A program made the translations under genes and the position numbers. From Ostreococcus lucimarinus (taxonomy: Eukaryota), in the NCBI GenBank assembly GCA_000092065.1, contig CP000595.1: 64,000 nt of DNA, one strand, 5' to 3'. The notes under the pieces are model-generated. The model searched no databases and was not told where the DNA came from. It saw nothing but the letters and a program-made list of their open reading frames with translations. Below, in pieces: positions 29,950-41,490 of this stretch; position 1 is the stretch's first letter, and every line of letters starts with the position of its first letter.

Positions 29950-31014
29950 TCACGCTACTAGTCTACCTAAACGCACGAGACCGCGCTCGGCGTCGACGAC
30001 TAACGCGCCTTGATTTCGCAAGACGGATAATCCAGCGAAGACGATGTGAAAATCGTCCCCGCAGCCCGGCCACGGAACGTCGATGGGGGTGACGACGAAT
30101 AAACAATCCTCGCTCAGCTTGCACGTCCGCAGCGACGAGCCGCAATACTTTGTCTCACCGTTCGTGTCCGTGAACTTCATGTGCGTCTGGTACGTGCCGA
30201 GATGAAAATCGCTGTCTTCGTACAACTGCCGATCGACGAGCATGCCCGTGGTGCCGCTGTCGAAGACGACGTAAATCGGCTTGGACGTCTCGAACCGCTC
30301 GCCGTTTATCCACAGCTCGTCGCACGGCGTCGCGTAGTGGTACACCGGCGCCCCGATCGAGCGCAAATCCACCGTTCGCAAGACCCCGATCTCGCTCTCA
30401 TCGACGAGCGAGTCCCGACTCAGCGTCAGCGTCTCGCGCTCGAAATCCAACGCGAAGCTCGCGATGTCCGTCTGTTGCAAGAAACTCGGTCGAATGCCCC
30501 GTTCGCGATTCGTGTACTTCACCAACCCCACGAACGGCGCCGCGTCTCGTCCTCGCACGTCATCCGTGACGCCGAACACCAAATCTTCAAACTCCAAGCT
30601 CCCCAGCGTCGCTCGCTTACCCGCGTACCACGACGTTCGTCCGTCCGCCTGCAGCCCGTACGTCTCGAACGTCGCGTCGTACGCCTCGAACCGCACGTCC
30701 TCGGCCTCGACGCACCCCCAACCCGCGCCCGCCCCGCTCGCGTCGCACCCTCGCCGCTGCGACGTCAGAAACGGCGACCCGGTGTCGACGACGCCTCGCA
30801 GCGTCCTCGCCGCGTCGCCCAGCGTCCACTCGACGGCGTACGCGCCGCCGCGCTCGAGCGTCATCGGCACCGTCGTCGTCGCCGCGTTCCGTCGCAGCGC
30901 CTCGAACGCGTCCGCGTACTGCGCGCGAAGCGTATCGCTCGCGCTCGCGTCTCTCCGCGTCGCGAGCGCGCTCGCGGACGCGCACGACAGCGCGAACGTC
31001 CGCCGCGGCATCAT
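29950..31014 (-). CDS. Pepsin-like aspartic protease (secreted)
   Basis: Signal-like start MMPRRTFALSCASASALA. Both catalytic motifs present: VVDTGSPFLTS and VVFDSGTTGML. Confidence 0.7.
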   Translation of the reverse strand: MMPRRTFALSCASASALATRRDASASDTLRAQYADAFEALRRNAATTTVPMTLERGGAYAVEWTLGDAARTLRGVVDTGSPFLTSQRRGCDASGAGAGWGCVEAEDVRFEAYDATFETYGLQADGRTSWYAGKRATLGSLEFEDLVFGVTDDVRGRDAAPFVGLVKYTNRERGIRPSFLQQTDIASFALDFERETLTLSRDSLVDESEIGVLRTVDLRSIGAPVYHYATPCDELWINGERFETSKPIYVVFDSGTTGMLVDRQLYEDSDFHLGTYQTHMKFTDTNGETKYCGSSLRTCKLSEDCLFVVTPIDVPWPGCGDDFHIVFAGLSVLRNQGALVVDAERGLVRLGRLVA

Positions 31015-31191
31015 CGCGCGCGCATCGCCGTCGTTCGCGACATTCGCGCCGTCGCGCGCGCCCTCGCGCGCCCTCGCACGCGCCCGCGATCTTCGCACGC
31101 GTCGTCGCGGTCGCGTCGGCGTCGTCACTCGCCGCGACGCGCCGCGCGACGCCATCGAGTGGCGTCGCATCGCGTCTCGACGCGTCGCGCG

Positions 31192-32817
31192 ATGATGCCG
31201 CGCGACGACGCGAATACCGCGCGCGACGACGCGTCGCGCGCGCTGACGACGCCCGCGACGACGACCGACCGCGACGATCGCGCGCCGCGCGTCGACGACG
31301 TGTTCAGCACGCGCAGACCGAAAGATCTCGGCGCCGGTCTGAGCTCTGGATTGCAGAGCGCGGCGAAATCGGTGGCGCTCGGCGCGGGCGCGCTGCTCAC
31401 GGCGCCCGTCGTCGGCGCGCGCGAGGACGGCGCGCGAGGGTTCGTCAAGGGACTCGGATTGGGCGTCGCGAGCGCGATCGTGCTGCCGGTGGTCGGGGCG
31501 AGCGTGGGGGTGGCGCAAATCGCGCGCGGCGCCGCGAATACGCCGAGCGCGGTGGCGGCGCGCGCGCGAGGCGAGCGATTCGATCGGAAGACGCGAGAGT
31601 GGGTGGCGGAGGATCTGGCGCGCGATGGGGCGTTTTTGGGGGAGACGAGCGATGGGGCGATATTCGAGCGAGCGGTGAGGCGGGCGGAGACGCGAGGCGC
31701 GCGGCCGGGGATCGGAGGGATGCTCGAGGAGGCGGCGGGATCGAGCGGGGGGGGCGCGAGGGAGACGGAGTATTACGACGCCCTGGAGGTGTCGCCGACG
31801 GCGACGAGCGCGGAGATACGACGGAAATATTATCTTCTGGCGCGAAAGATGCATCCGGATAAGAATCCGAACGATCCCACGGCGAAGGCGCGGTTTCAGG
31901 AAATCGGCGAGGCGTACCAGGTGCTGAGCGACGAAAGTTTGCGACGCAAGTACGACGCGCGCGGGAAGGACGCGCTGGGCGACGTTCCGATCGTGAATCC
32001 AGCGGCGTTTTTCGGCATGTTGTTCGGGAGCGAGCAAATGGAAGGGTTCGTGGGGAGGTTACAGCTCGCGTCGCTCGCCATGGCGGGGACGGATTTGACC
32101 GGCGACGAACAGGATTTGCTGCAGAAACGCCGCGAGGCGAGGTTAGCGATCAAGCTCGCGGCGATGTGTGACGTGTACGTGGACATTGACTCGAAGATGG
32201 GCACCGAAAAAGAGCGCGCGGCGCAATTTGTGGAGACGATGCGCCCCGTCGCGCAAACTTTGGCCAACGCGTCCTTCGGGCAAATCATGGTGCAAAAGAT
32301 CGGCTGGGTGTACGCGATGGAGGCGGAGAAGTTCCTGCACGACCCACTCGCGGGAACGGGGACGTGGCTCGATCTCGGCTTGAGATCGACCGGGGTGACG
32401 ATGCAACAAAAAGCATCCAAATGGAAGAATAAGTTTTCGGCGCTCAAGGCGGGGGTGAACATCTTTTCTACCGTCCAAAGCTCGGAGGCAGAGGTGCAAA
32501 AGGCCACGAACGAGCAGCAGGCGAACGAGCTCAGGGCGAAACAGCAAAGAGACGTCTTACCGCACGTCCTCGACGCGCTCTGGTCGACTTCGAGCGTGGA
32601 CATCGAGTCGACGCTTCGACACGTGTGCTCCAAGGTGCTTCACGACGCCAGCGTCGCGCAGTCTCGTCGCGCGGGTCGAGCGAAAGCTTTACTGTACTTG
32701 GGTAAAATGTTTCAAGAGACGAAATCAACAGATCCCAAAGCGAAAGACGCAGCGGCGGTGCTTGAGGACGCCCTACGCGCCGCGTTTGAACCCGAGCGCG
32801 GCGCCGACGACGCCTGA
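31192..32817 (+). CDS. DnaJ/Hsp40 J-domain protein with a C-terminal DnaJ-X-like domain (Caj1/Djp1-like)
   Basis: J domain YYDALEVSPTATSAEIRRKYYLLARKMHPDKNPNDPTAKARFQEIGEAYQVLSD with the HPD motif. Confidence 0.85.
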   Translation: MMPRDDANTARDDASRALTTPATTTDRDDRAPRVDDVFSTRRPKDLGAGLSSGLQSAAKSVALGAGALLTAPVVGAREDGARGFVKGLGLGVASAIVLPVVGASVGVAQIARGAANTPSAVAARARGERFDRKTREWVAEDLARDGAFLGETSDGAIFERAVRRAETRGARPGIGGMLEEAAGSSGGGARETEYYDALEVSPTATSAEIRRKYYLLARKMHPDKNPNDPTAKARFQEIGEAYQVLSDESLRRKYDARGKDALGDVPIVNPAAFFGMLFGSEQMEGFVGRLQLASLAMAGTDLTGDEQDLLQKRREARLAIKLAAMCDVYVDIDSKMGTEKERAAQFVETMRPVAQTLANASFGQIMVQKIGWVYAMEAEKFLHDPLAGTGTWLDLGLRSTGVTMQQKASKWKNKFSALKAGVNIFSTVQSSEAEVQKATNEQQANELRAKQQRDVLPHVLDALWSTSSVDIESTLRHVCSKVLHDASVAQSRRAGRAKALLYLGKMFQETKSTDPKAKDAAAVLEDALRAAFEPERGADDA

Positions 32818-32904
32818 GCGCGTCTTTTCTTGTAACACAACATTCCGACAAATGCATGCATAAATGAATAAATAAATCAACAAGCAAGTGCTAGCTATGA
32901 TACA

Positions 32905-34563
32905 CTACGCCACGGATTCGTGCACGGGCTTGACGCGCGTCGTCGGCTCGACGCCCGCGAAGGTCTCGGCGACGACTTCGGCGGCGAGTTTTCCGGAGAG
33001 CACCGCGCCTTCCATGGACCCGAGAAACTTTTGCGACGTGTAATCACCCGCCAGGGTAAAGTTTTTGATCGGCGTGTGTTGACTCGGACGGAACTTGTTT
33101 CGTCCCGGAATCGCGGCGTACACGGAGCGTGGCGTCTTCACCACTGCAAACTTTCGAAGCTTGGCCCCCGACGCGCCGTCTTTACCCGCGCCGAGCTCAT
33201 CTGGGAACAGCGTTTCGAGCTCTTTCATCGTCGCCGCGACGATGTCTTCGTCGCTGGCGCCGATCCAGTTCACGTCGGAGCCTGCGCGTTTGTCGCACGG
33301 CGCGAAGACGAGCTCGAGCATGGAGCGGTCGTCGTCCTTATATTCTGCGCAGCATTCGGACATGTCCGCGTACACGCTGAGCAACGGCGAGCGACTGAAC
33401 ACAAGACCGTCGTACGGGCGCAACTTGCGGTCGAACCAGAGGTGCACGTTGATGACAGGGATGCCTTCGAGCTCGTTCAACTGCCTGAAAAACGGCATCG
33501 CTTTCCAAACGTCGGGAAGTTTTAATTTCAACGCGTCCACGGGCATGGCGGACACGTAATGGTCCGCCGTCATGATTTGACCGTCGCGCATCTTCACCCC
33601 CTCCACATTTCCGTCGGCGTCGACGAGAATTTCTTGCATGGGCGCGTCGGTGATGACTTTGCCGCCGCCCACGCGTTCGATGTGCTCCGCCATGGGAGCG
33701 CACAGCCTATCCGGTTGGTTTCCGTCCAAAAACGCAGTCTTGCTCCCGTGCGTCTCGTTGATGAACCGATTCATCGCCGTCAAAATGACCGTCATCGAGA
33801 GCTTATCAGCGTCGATAAAATCCAACGCCTTGCCCATGGCGATGAACAGCTCGTCGCGCACTCGCTTTGGCATGAAATTCTTCTTCATCCACTCCTCGCA
33901 CGACAACTCATCCTGGGCGTCGATGTAATCCTGTCCCCCGACCAACATGGGCACCAACGGCGCGCCCGTTCTCAATTTCTCGCTCCACGTCAACATCTTA
34001 TCGTTCGACAAAATCGCGTAACCCATATTGAGCGGCGCGGGCAAAGCCGGCGGAAAGTAAAACTTCGTAAACTCCCCGGGATAATCCTTCATCGCGAACG
34101 TCATCGCGTGCTCCTTCCACTGCAATCGATCCTCTATGTCGAGCTCTCGAAACAAATTCATCACATTCGGATACGCGCCGAAAAAAATGTGCAATCCAGT
34201 TTCGATCCAGTCGCCGTCGTCGTCTCGCCACGCGCTCACCTTGCCGCCCAGCGCCTTTCCTCGTTCGATCACCGTGGGCGCGCACCCCGCGTCGGCGAGA
34301 TACTTACCGCAGCTCAGGCCCGCGAGACCGCCGCCGATGACGAGCACCGTGGGCTTTTCCGGGGCGTCGTCGCGTCGCACGCGCGCGCGAAACGTCGCGA
34401 GCCTGGCGCTCTTCGCCTTGGCTTCTTGAAAGTTGGCGTTGGATTTGACGTCGAGGTCGGGCTTGGGGTAGTCGGCGCATCGCGTGCGAGGCGTCGCGGT
34501 GCGCGCGCGCGCGCCGGACGCGCGGGAGAGGGGGATGGGACGCGGCGCGAGGGCGGCGCGCAT
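32905..34563 (-). CDS. PDS: Phytoene desaturase (15-cis-phytoene desaturase, plastid)
   Basis: ATG at 34563. The track ORF uses a TTG further upstream. FAD-binding VLVIGGGLAGLSCGKYLADAG and strong co-linearity with plant and cyanobacterial PDS throughout. Confidence 0.95.
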   Translation of the reverse strand: MRAALAPRPIPLSRASGARARTATPRTRCADYPKPDLDVKSNANFQEAKAKSARLATFRARVRRDDAPEKPTVLVIGGGLAGLSCGKYLADAGCAPTVIERGKALGGKVSAWRDDDGDWIETGLHIFFGAYPNVMNLFRELDIEDRLQWKEHAMTFAMKDYPGEFTKFYFPPALPAPLNMGYAILSNDKMLTWSEKLRTGAPLVPMLVGGQDYIDAQDELSCEEWMKKNFMPKRVRDELFIAMGKALDFIDADKLSMTVILTAMNRFINETHGSKTAFLDGNQPDRLCAPMAEHIERVGGGKVITDAPMQEILVDADGNVEGVKMRDGQIMTADHYVSAMPVDALKLKLPDVWKAMPFFRQLNELEGIPVINVHLWFDRKLRPYDGLVFSRSPLLSVYADMSECCAEYKDDDRSMLELVFAPCDKRAGSDVNWIGASDEDIVAATMKELETLFPDELGAGKDGASGAKLRKFAVVKTPRSVYAAIPGRNKFRPSQHTPIKNFTLAGDYTSQKFLGSMEGAVLSGKLAAEVVAETFAGVEPTTRVKPVHESVA

Positions 34564-34627
34564 GGCGACGTGTGCGGCCGGGACGCGGCGGGACGGGAGC
34601 GACGTATAATACAATCGAGTCGCTGGG

Positions 34628-37600
34628 CTACGACACCGCGCTCGGGGGGGTGAGCTTGTTCTTGACTCTGAGAACGTACTTTTTTAACGTGTCGTCGCCG
34701 CGGCGCGCGAGGTCGTCGAGGATGGGTTTCAACTTTCTCGACGCGACGCGCTCGCGGCACGCGCGATGGCGGCAGACGTTGCCGAGGGCGTACACGGCGA
34801 TCTTCACCACCTCGGCGTCGGCCGAGGGGTCGCCAACGACCTCGGATGGGGTGGACATCAAGTTGATAATGGCGTCGAGCGCGCCGGAGTTCACCATAAG
34901 ATCGCACAGAATGCCTGAATTGCGAACCAAGTTTCCGAGCGCGGCGCACGCGTTCGAGCGCGTCTTCGCCTCCTCGGTGGCGTCGAGCAAGTGCATGAGC
35001 GGATCCACAGCGGCGGTTAGTGGGCCGTACAAAGCGTCGGAATGAAACGCTGCGTTTCCAATCGCGAACGTTGCAAACTTGCGCGTCGTTCGGTCTCGAT
35101 CACCACATCGCTCGATGAGCTTTTCCAGCGTCTTGACGTCGCGGAATTCTTCGTAAAAGAAGTCGTCGTGGCGGCACACGTTTCCGATGGCGTTACACGC
35201 CCTCGCGCGCACGTTCGGGTCGTGATGATCCAGCAGATTCGTGATGCGCTCGATAACGTCTGCTTCGTCGATCAAGGGGTAGTTTTCCTTCTTCATGCGC
35301 GCCAACTGCATGATGACGATGAGCCAGTCGACGACGATTTGCGCGTTGCCGCGTTCGCCATCGAGAATCTTTGAGCACAGCGTCGGCTCTAAACCACCGT
35401 TTGCCAGGAACTCGCTCGCGAACACGCTCGGACCCATGACTAAGCGACTCAAGAGCGCGATCGGTGCCGGCCAAATCTCTCGCGGAGACGACTTCAAGCG
35501 AGCGATGAGCGCTTTCACGACGCCGCGTTCGCTCAAGATGCCTTGGTATCTTCGCATCGCCCGCTCCGTCGCTTCAGGGTCCATTTCGGGCGTAAGCATG
35601 TACTTGAACGGCAGGTGGAGAAGCTCCGACGCCGGGACAAGGGTGACGTCGTGAATGACGTCGCCGCTCATCTTCTTCCCAACCTTGGTGAACGCCGTGA
35701 GGGCCAAGCACAGCGCCTCGCACACGCCGACGTCGAGCATGGTCACGACGGGGTGCCGCGTGCGCGAGCTCAACAGGGGCTCCATGGCGCACAACACCGC
35801 CGCCGCTAATTTCGCGTTATCAGAGGTAATCGTCCGCTTTGAGGTTTCGTCGACGACTATGGCGGCTAATATGCGCACGCCGTCCGCGTCGATCGCCTGC
35901 GCTCGAACGTCGTCGCTCGCGTCGGCGACGAGTCTCAGCAATTTCGCCGAGTGCGTCTTCGTCGTCGCGCTCCTAATGAGCTTTTGCGTGCCATCTTTCT
36001 TCAGTGATAGCGTCGCGGCGACGTAAGCGGTCAATGGCCCAATTTCCGTCGCCGCAAACAACGCCCGACACGTCTCTGTGGCTGTCGCTTGCGTAGACGA
36101 CTTCGCCAATGCCTGACACAACGCGTCGGTGACACCGCCGCCGCCCTTGGAACTGTGCGGCCCTAGAGCGCTGCGCGTCGCTGCGAGTTCGGCACTCAAC
36201 CCTCGCGCTTTTGCGCTTTCTATGGCGTCTGCAATCGCTCGTGACGCCGTCGTCGCTACCGTCTCGCCGACGTCTCGATTTGTGTACCCGAGCAATTTGC
36301 CGAGAAATATCAAGTAACCGTTCAAGCCGAGTCCGCACCACGGTGACGGGCCGTCGGGAGACGCCATGGCGGATACGACACTGATGGCCAGCGCCAATAA
36401 TTCGGGTTGCGGTGGATCCACCGCGTTCGCCGCTGTCGTGCACGCTGCGATGACTGCCGCGGGCATTTCTTTCGTCATCGCCGTTGATCCACCGCCGACG
36501 CTCATCAGCGTCGCGCGCGGCACGCGCATCATCGCCAACGTCGTCCTCAAAGCCGACGCAATATCCGCCATTTTCGTCGGCCTAGCTTCTACTTTCTTTG
36601 AGGCAAGCGTGCGGTTCGAGATGTAGCTCGGCAAAAACTTGCTGCGATACGACGTCTGCGGCTGAAGCGTGTCCAAGAGCTTGGTCAACGCCGCTCTGTC
36701 GCGTCTCAAACCCGCCGCGGATTCCGCAGACTGCCTCGCAGTGTTCTCCAACTCGCGCAAAACCTCGCTCACGTCTTCCATACTCGTCGCCGTTATTGTA
36801 CCATTCGCGTCTGCGACTCTCCCGTCGCGTCGCCCCGCACCCATGGTGCTCTGTCTTTGGCGTTCACTTGTCGGCCTTGACGGCGTCCTCGGCGACACGT
36901 CATCCTCAATGGCGTCGGGCGCCGCTTCATCACCGCTCTCGTCGCCGTCCTTGCGCACGAACGGGTGATCAAGTACGGACGGCCAATTCAATCGCTGCTG
37001 CGGCTTCTTGTTGAGTAATCCTTGCAGAAACGATTTAAACGACGGGCTCATCGTGTCCGGCCACTTGACGTCCTCCTTGACGATTTTCTGAATCAACGTA
37101 TAAATAGACGTCGTGTAAAACGGCGGTTGCCCGACGAACAACTCGTATAAAATCACCCCAACGCTCCATAAATCTACCGCATGATCGTACGGTTGCTCCT
37201 GCACGAGCTCGGGCGCCATGTACAACGGCGTTCCCTTGATAGAAGTCATCACCAACGACGACTTGCTCATCGATCGCGCCAATCCAAAATCGCACACCTT
37301 GACGCACCGATCGGTACCGATCAATATGTTCTGCGGCTTCAAATCTCTATGAATCACCCGATTACTGTGCAAATAATACAACGCATCGACGAGCTGCCGC
37401 GCGATCATCCGCACCTCCTTCTCCGGCAACCGCGCGTCGTGTTCCAACACGTCGTAGAGCACCCCTTGCGCAAACTCCATCACCACGACGAACTCCATGT
37501 TCGTCTCGAACGCGTCCAGCATCTTGATCACGTTCGGATGATCGAGCGTTTTCATGATATCGATCTCACTTCGCAAGCTCACCAAATCTCGCTCGGATTT

Positions 37601-37816
37601 CCCGTGTTTCGGGATAAACTTCATCGCGCACGCCCGTCCGCTGTATCGCTGCCGCGCCTGAAACACCTTCCCGAACGATCCCTCACCGACCGGTCGCAAT
37701 ATGACGTAATCATCCAGCGTCGTTTTGCTTCGAAGCGGCGCGCGACCGGGGGCGTTCGCGTCGCCGTTGCGCTCGCGGAGCGTCGTCGGCGACGCCGCGG
37801 TCGTCGGGTTTTCCAT
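34628..37816 (-). CDS. FU: Fused-type serine/threonine kinase (STK36/TIO-like) with C-terminal ARM/HEAT repeats
   Basis: N-terminal kinase domain (VGEGSFGKVFQARQ, HRDLKPQNILI, DFGLAR, GTPLYMAPE). About 750 aa of helical-repeat region follow. Confidence 0.85.
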   Translation of the reverse strand: MENPTTAASPTTLRERNGDANAPGRAPLRSKTTLDDYVILRPVGEGSFGKVFQARQRYSGRACAMKFIPKHGKSERDLVSLRSEIDIMKTLDHPNVIKMLDAFETNMEFVVVMEFAQGVLYDVLEHDARLPEKEVRMIARQLVDALYYLHSNRVIHRDLKPQNILIGTDRCVKVCDFGLARSMSKSSLVMTSIKGTPLYMAPELVQEQPYDHAVDLWSVGVILYELFVGQPPFYTTSIYTLIQKIVKEDVKWPDTMSPSFKSFLQGLLNKKPQQRLNWPSVLDHPFVRKDGDESGDEAAPDAIEDDVSPRTPSRPTSERQRQSTMGAGRRDGRVADANGTITATSMEDVSEVLRELENTARQSAESAAGLRRDRAALTKLLDTLQPQTSYRSKFLPSYISNRTLASKKVEARPTKMADIASALRTTLAMMRVPRATLMSVGGGSTAMTKEMPAAVIAACTTAANAVDPPQPELLALAISVVSAMASPDGPSPWCGLGLNGYLIFLGKLLGYTNRDVGETVATTASRAIADAIESAKARGLSAELAATRSALGPHSSKGGGGVTDALCQALAKSSTQATATETCRALFAATEIGPLTAYVAATLSLKKDGTQKLIRSATTKTHSAKLLRLVADASDDVRAQAIDADGVRILAAIVVDETSKRTITSDNAKLAAAVLCAMEPLLSSRTRHPVVTMLDVGVCEALCLALTAFTKVGKKMSGDVIHDVTLVPASELLHLPFKYMLTPEMDPEATERAMRRYQGILSERGVVKALIARLKSSPREIWPAPIALLSRLVMGPSVFASEFLANGGLEPTLCSKILDGERGNAQIVVDWLIVIMQLARMKKENYPLIDEADVIERITNLLDHHDPNVRARACNAIGNVCRHDDFFYEEFRDVKTLEKLIERCGDRDRTTRKFATFAIGNAAFHSDALYGPLTAAVDPLMHLLDATEEAKTRSNACAALGNLVRNSGILCDLMVNSGALDAIINLMSTPSEVVGDPSADAEVVKIAVYALGNVCRHRACRERVASRKLKPILDDLARRGDDTLKKYVLRVKNKLTPPSAVS

Positions 37817-38152
37817 CGGTCGCGCGCGGGGGGACGTCGAGATTCGACGCGATCGACTACGATTTCAGCGTCGACGAGCGCGCGCGGGGCGATTCGCGCG
37901 CGCGCGAGCGCGTCGCGAGTCGTCGTTGACGCGTCGGCGACGTCTCGCGGTGTCGCGCGTCGGTCCCGGCGCGCGGAACGCGCGCGAGTGCAGATTGTCG
38001 CGGTGACAGCTCGAGTATTCTTTGAAATCGACGCCGCGGGACAAATCGCCGCGCGACACCATCGATGTGAACGCGCGAGACGCGAGCGCGACGGTGGGAA
38101 CGGCCTGAAGAAAGAAGCGTTGTTACACGGTGCGCGAGGGCGGGACGGGTGA

Positions 38153-41100
38153 TCATCGCTTGCCGCGACCGCGACCGCCGCGGCCGCCTTTGCCGCCGCG
38201 GCCGCCCTTGCCGGCGCGCTTGGCGGAAGCGCGTTCGCCGCGTGCGTCGGCGAGCTGACGCTTGTCGACGCTCGGGCCGCCGGCGTTGCCGCGATGATAC
38301 TTGCGAGCGACGACGACTTTCCGAGGCTTTTTGATCGCGCCGCTTGTCGCTCGGCGCGCCTTGGCGAAGACGCGCTCGATTTCCTTGGCTTTGCTGACGT
38401 CGGGAACGTCGTCTTGCTCGATGATGGCGGAGGCGCGTACTCGGGCTTGAGAAATCTTCGCCTCCGCGCGTTTCTTCTTACGCCATTTCGCTTCGGCGAC
38501 TTTCTTGATCGGGCGCGTGTTCACCGCGGCGAGCTGCGCCTTGGCCTCGGCGAGCTCAGCGGCGGTGTACTGCGGAATCGGCTTCATAAAGCGACGCTCG
38601 TCTTCAGCGAACCAGTCGGGCACGTCGTCGTCATCGAAGGCGTAGCGGTTGTACGCGTCTTCGATGAGTTCTTCGCGGTCCTTCTTGCGAATCATCTTCT
38701 TCCCTAAAGCTAAGATTCGCGCCCGAGTGTCGTCGGAGAGCTCGTCGACTTCGGAATCGTACCCGTAGCCCTCCGCGTCGGAGTCGCTATCTGTAGGCGG
38801 TTCCGCCTCGGCAGTGACGACTTCGAAATCGCCACCATCGACGGCTTTGCGTCTCTTTTGCCGCGTGGTGTCTTCATCGGATTCGTCGTCGTACGTGTCG
38901 TCGCGCGCGGCGCCCTTTCCGCCGCGACCCGATCCCTTCGTCTTCGCCTCCGACTTGGCTTTCTTTTCCTTTGCCTTGGCTCTGAGATCATCGAAATTTT
39001 CCTCTTCGTCTTCGGTCGCTTGTTTTTTCTTCTTTTTCTCCTTCTTGCTCGATTTGACTGGAACTTCCTCCTCGTCTTCATCGCTGTCTAAAGCTTCCGC
39101 GGGCGCGGCCTTGGCCTTCTTTCCGCTCGCAAACAAGTCGTTCGAGAACCACATGTCCGCAGCCTTGACGGCGTTTTTCTTTTGCTTAGTGCCGAGATCG
39201 ACGACGAGCGGGTTTGCATCTTTCTTCGACTTGGACTTTTTACCTTTAGGCGCGTCCTCGTCCTCGTCTGCGTCGTCCCACTCGAGCTCGTCGCTGTCCG
39301 ACTTGAATTCGTCGTCCGCGGGGTCGCTCGCGTCGTCGTCGTCTCCGTCTTCGTCGCTTGAGTCTTCGTCGTCCAACTCCCCCGCGCCGAGTTCAGTGCG
39401 CCTATCTCTACCCTTGCTAGCCTCGGTGAACTTTTCACCCTTTTTCTGTCGACGCGCCTTGTACATGTCCCACATGTCATCGACTTCTTTATCTAATCTT
39501 CGCTCGTCCTCTTCGGTGTCGGAATCGGCGTCCGAGTCGTCCTCTGGCTCCTCGTCGCTATCGCGCGCGGCGTCGATGCCCGGCGTCGGCGCCTTGGAGA
39601 CGACGTCGAGCGCACCTTTGGTTTTGATGCGCGCGAGCGAGAACAAATCCATCTCTTGCTCCACGATCGCCTCGCCGCTGCTCGCCAACCCTCTCGCGAC
39701 GCGAAGACGCTCCTTGGCTTTGATTTTAGCCCTCTTCTTCTTGTCTCGTCTGGCTTGGGCATCCATCGAGTTTTTCAACTCGCTCATCTCGTCCAAGAGT
39801 TGATCCTTTTCATCGCCGGCGTTTTCGTCATCGCTATCGCCAGCTTCTTCTTCTTCGCCGGATGACTCGTCGGAGGAATCCTCGTCGTCGTCTTCGCCGC
39901 GTTTGCCGCCTTTGCGAGCGTGCTTCTTCTTTTCGAGTCCCGCTTGCTTACGAATCGTCATGCGCCAACGAAGCAAGAGCTTGAAGTCAGCCTTTCCTAA
40001 AACACCAAGATCGCTCATCAACGAACGAATTTCATCCGTCGTCGTCGGGTGATTGTCGAGATCCATCCATCCTTCCTCGGGCGGTTCCAAACCTTTTCGA
40101 TTCTGCGTCGAGAAAAAGTCAAATCGGTCAGTCGTCGTCGTCGTCGTCGTCGGATCCCAGAGAGAAAAAGTCACAAAAGTACGAGCGATCGAAAGCCTCA
40201 GATGGGTAAACGGCATTGTACTATAGGTTTGTTTCAGCAGGGGCTCTGACCTCCCTTCAAACAAACTGTGAAGCTGTATCTTCATAAGCTTTCGATCGCC
40301 GCGAGAAAAACGTCGCGCTCTTGACGACGCACCTTGCCGTCCAAAATAAACGTGTGATGACTCCCAAGCATTTCTCCCGGCTTTTCGTTCACGATGAATT
40401 CTTCCGCCGTGCATTCTTTGTACAGCGTGGACACGCCGTCTTCGTAACCGCTACGATTCCGCTTTCGCTTGCCGTTGTCCTTCGTGACGTCGAGCGGCTG
40501 AATCTCCGCCTCGGTGTCCGCAAACAAATGCCTCGCATCCAATAATCTTGGATCAATCTTCGTCGGCGCCAGGTACCCACTACACACCACGTAAATTTCA
40601 GCCGAGGTTCCGCGCGACGCCACGGGCTTGGTGCTCTCAACCTTTTTAAACAACTGTTGAAACGCGTACAACAACGCGTGATACTCGACGCTCCGGAAAA
40701 CCTTCGTCACGAACCACCCTCCCGGCCCCAAAAACTCCGTCGCCAGCCGCAACGAATCCAACGTCAGCGCCGCCTGCGTGTACGACTCCTTCGCGAAGTT
40801 CCCACCGACGTTCGGCGCCCCATCGTGTATCACCACGTCGTACTTTAATCCCTGCGGCGTCACGCGTTTCAGCGCCGCGCGACAGCTCTGCGTCGTGATA
40901 TCCTCCACCAGCGTCGTCACCCCTCGAATCGGTCGAATCGGCGCTAAATCCACCCCCACGATCGTCGAGCTCATGGGCATGTATTTCTGCGCCACTTGCA
41001 GCCATCCACCGGGCGCGGCGCACAGATCCATGCACGCGCGCGCCTTTGACAAAAAGTCATACTTCCGGTTCAACTGCACGAGCTTAAACGCCGCGCGCGA

Positions 41101-41342
41101 GCGGAACCCTTGCTCCTTGGCGAGGTAGTAGTACTTATCTGCGATCGATCGCGCGCATCTCGCGCGCTCGCGGGTCAGTCTGGCGCTCGCGCGCGTCGAC
41201 GCGGCGTCGATTCGGTTTGCGGCGGCGGCGGCGGCGGCGCAACTCGCGCGCGGCTCGCGCGCGGCTCGCGCGTCGCGCGCGGCTCGCGCGCGGCGAACGA
41301 CGTCGTACCTAATCGATGCTTCCCCTTGGCGCGTTTGCCCAT
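38153..41342 (-). CDS. SPB1: AdoMet-dependent rRNA 2'-O-methyltransferase SPB1, three exons: 41342..41309, 41138..40333, 40102..38153
   Basis: Exon 1 [11 protein letters not shown](G) plus GTACGA donor. Exon 2 (D)[19 protein letters not shown]...FtsJ domain up to FILDGK plus GTGCGT donor. Exon 3 [41 protein letters not shown] (DUF3381-like) and the Spb1_C acidic/basic tail. The junctions restore co-linearity with yeast Spb1. Frames anchored to the two track ORFs. Confidence 0.85.
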
Positions 41343-41490
41343 GCCTGCGACGACGCGAGGCGCGAGGCGCGGAGTGCGACGCGACGCCCGGGATACTTTG
41401 ACAAAAAGTCATGCTTCCGACAGCGTCGGACGCTCGAATGGATGGGAAAGGGCGATGCGCGAGCGATCAAAGGACATCGCGCGATTAATA

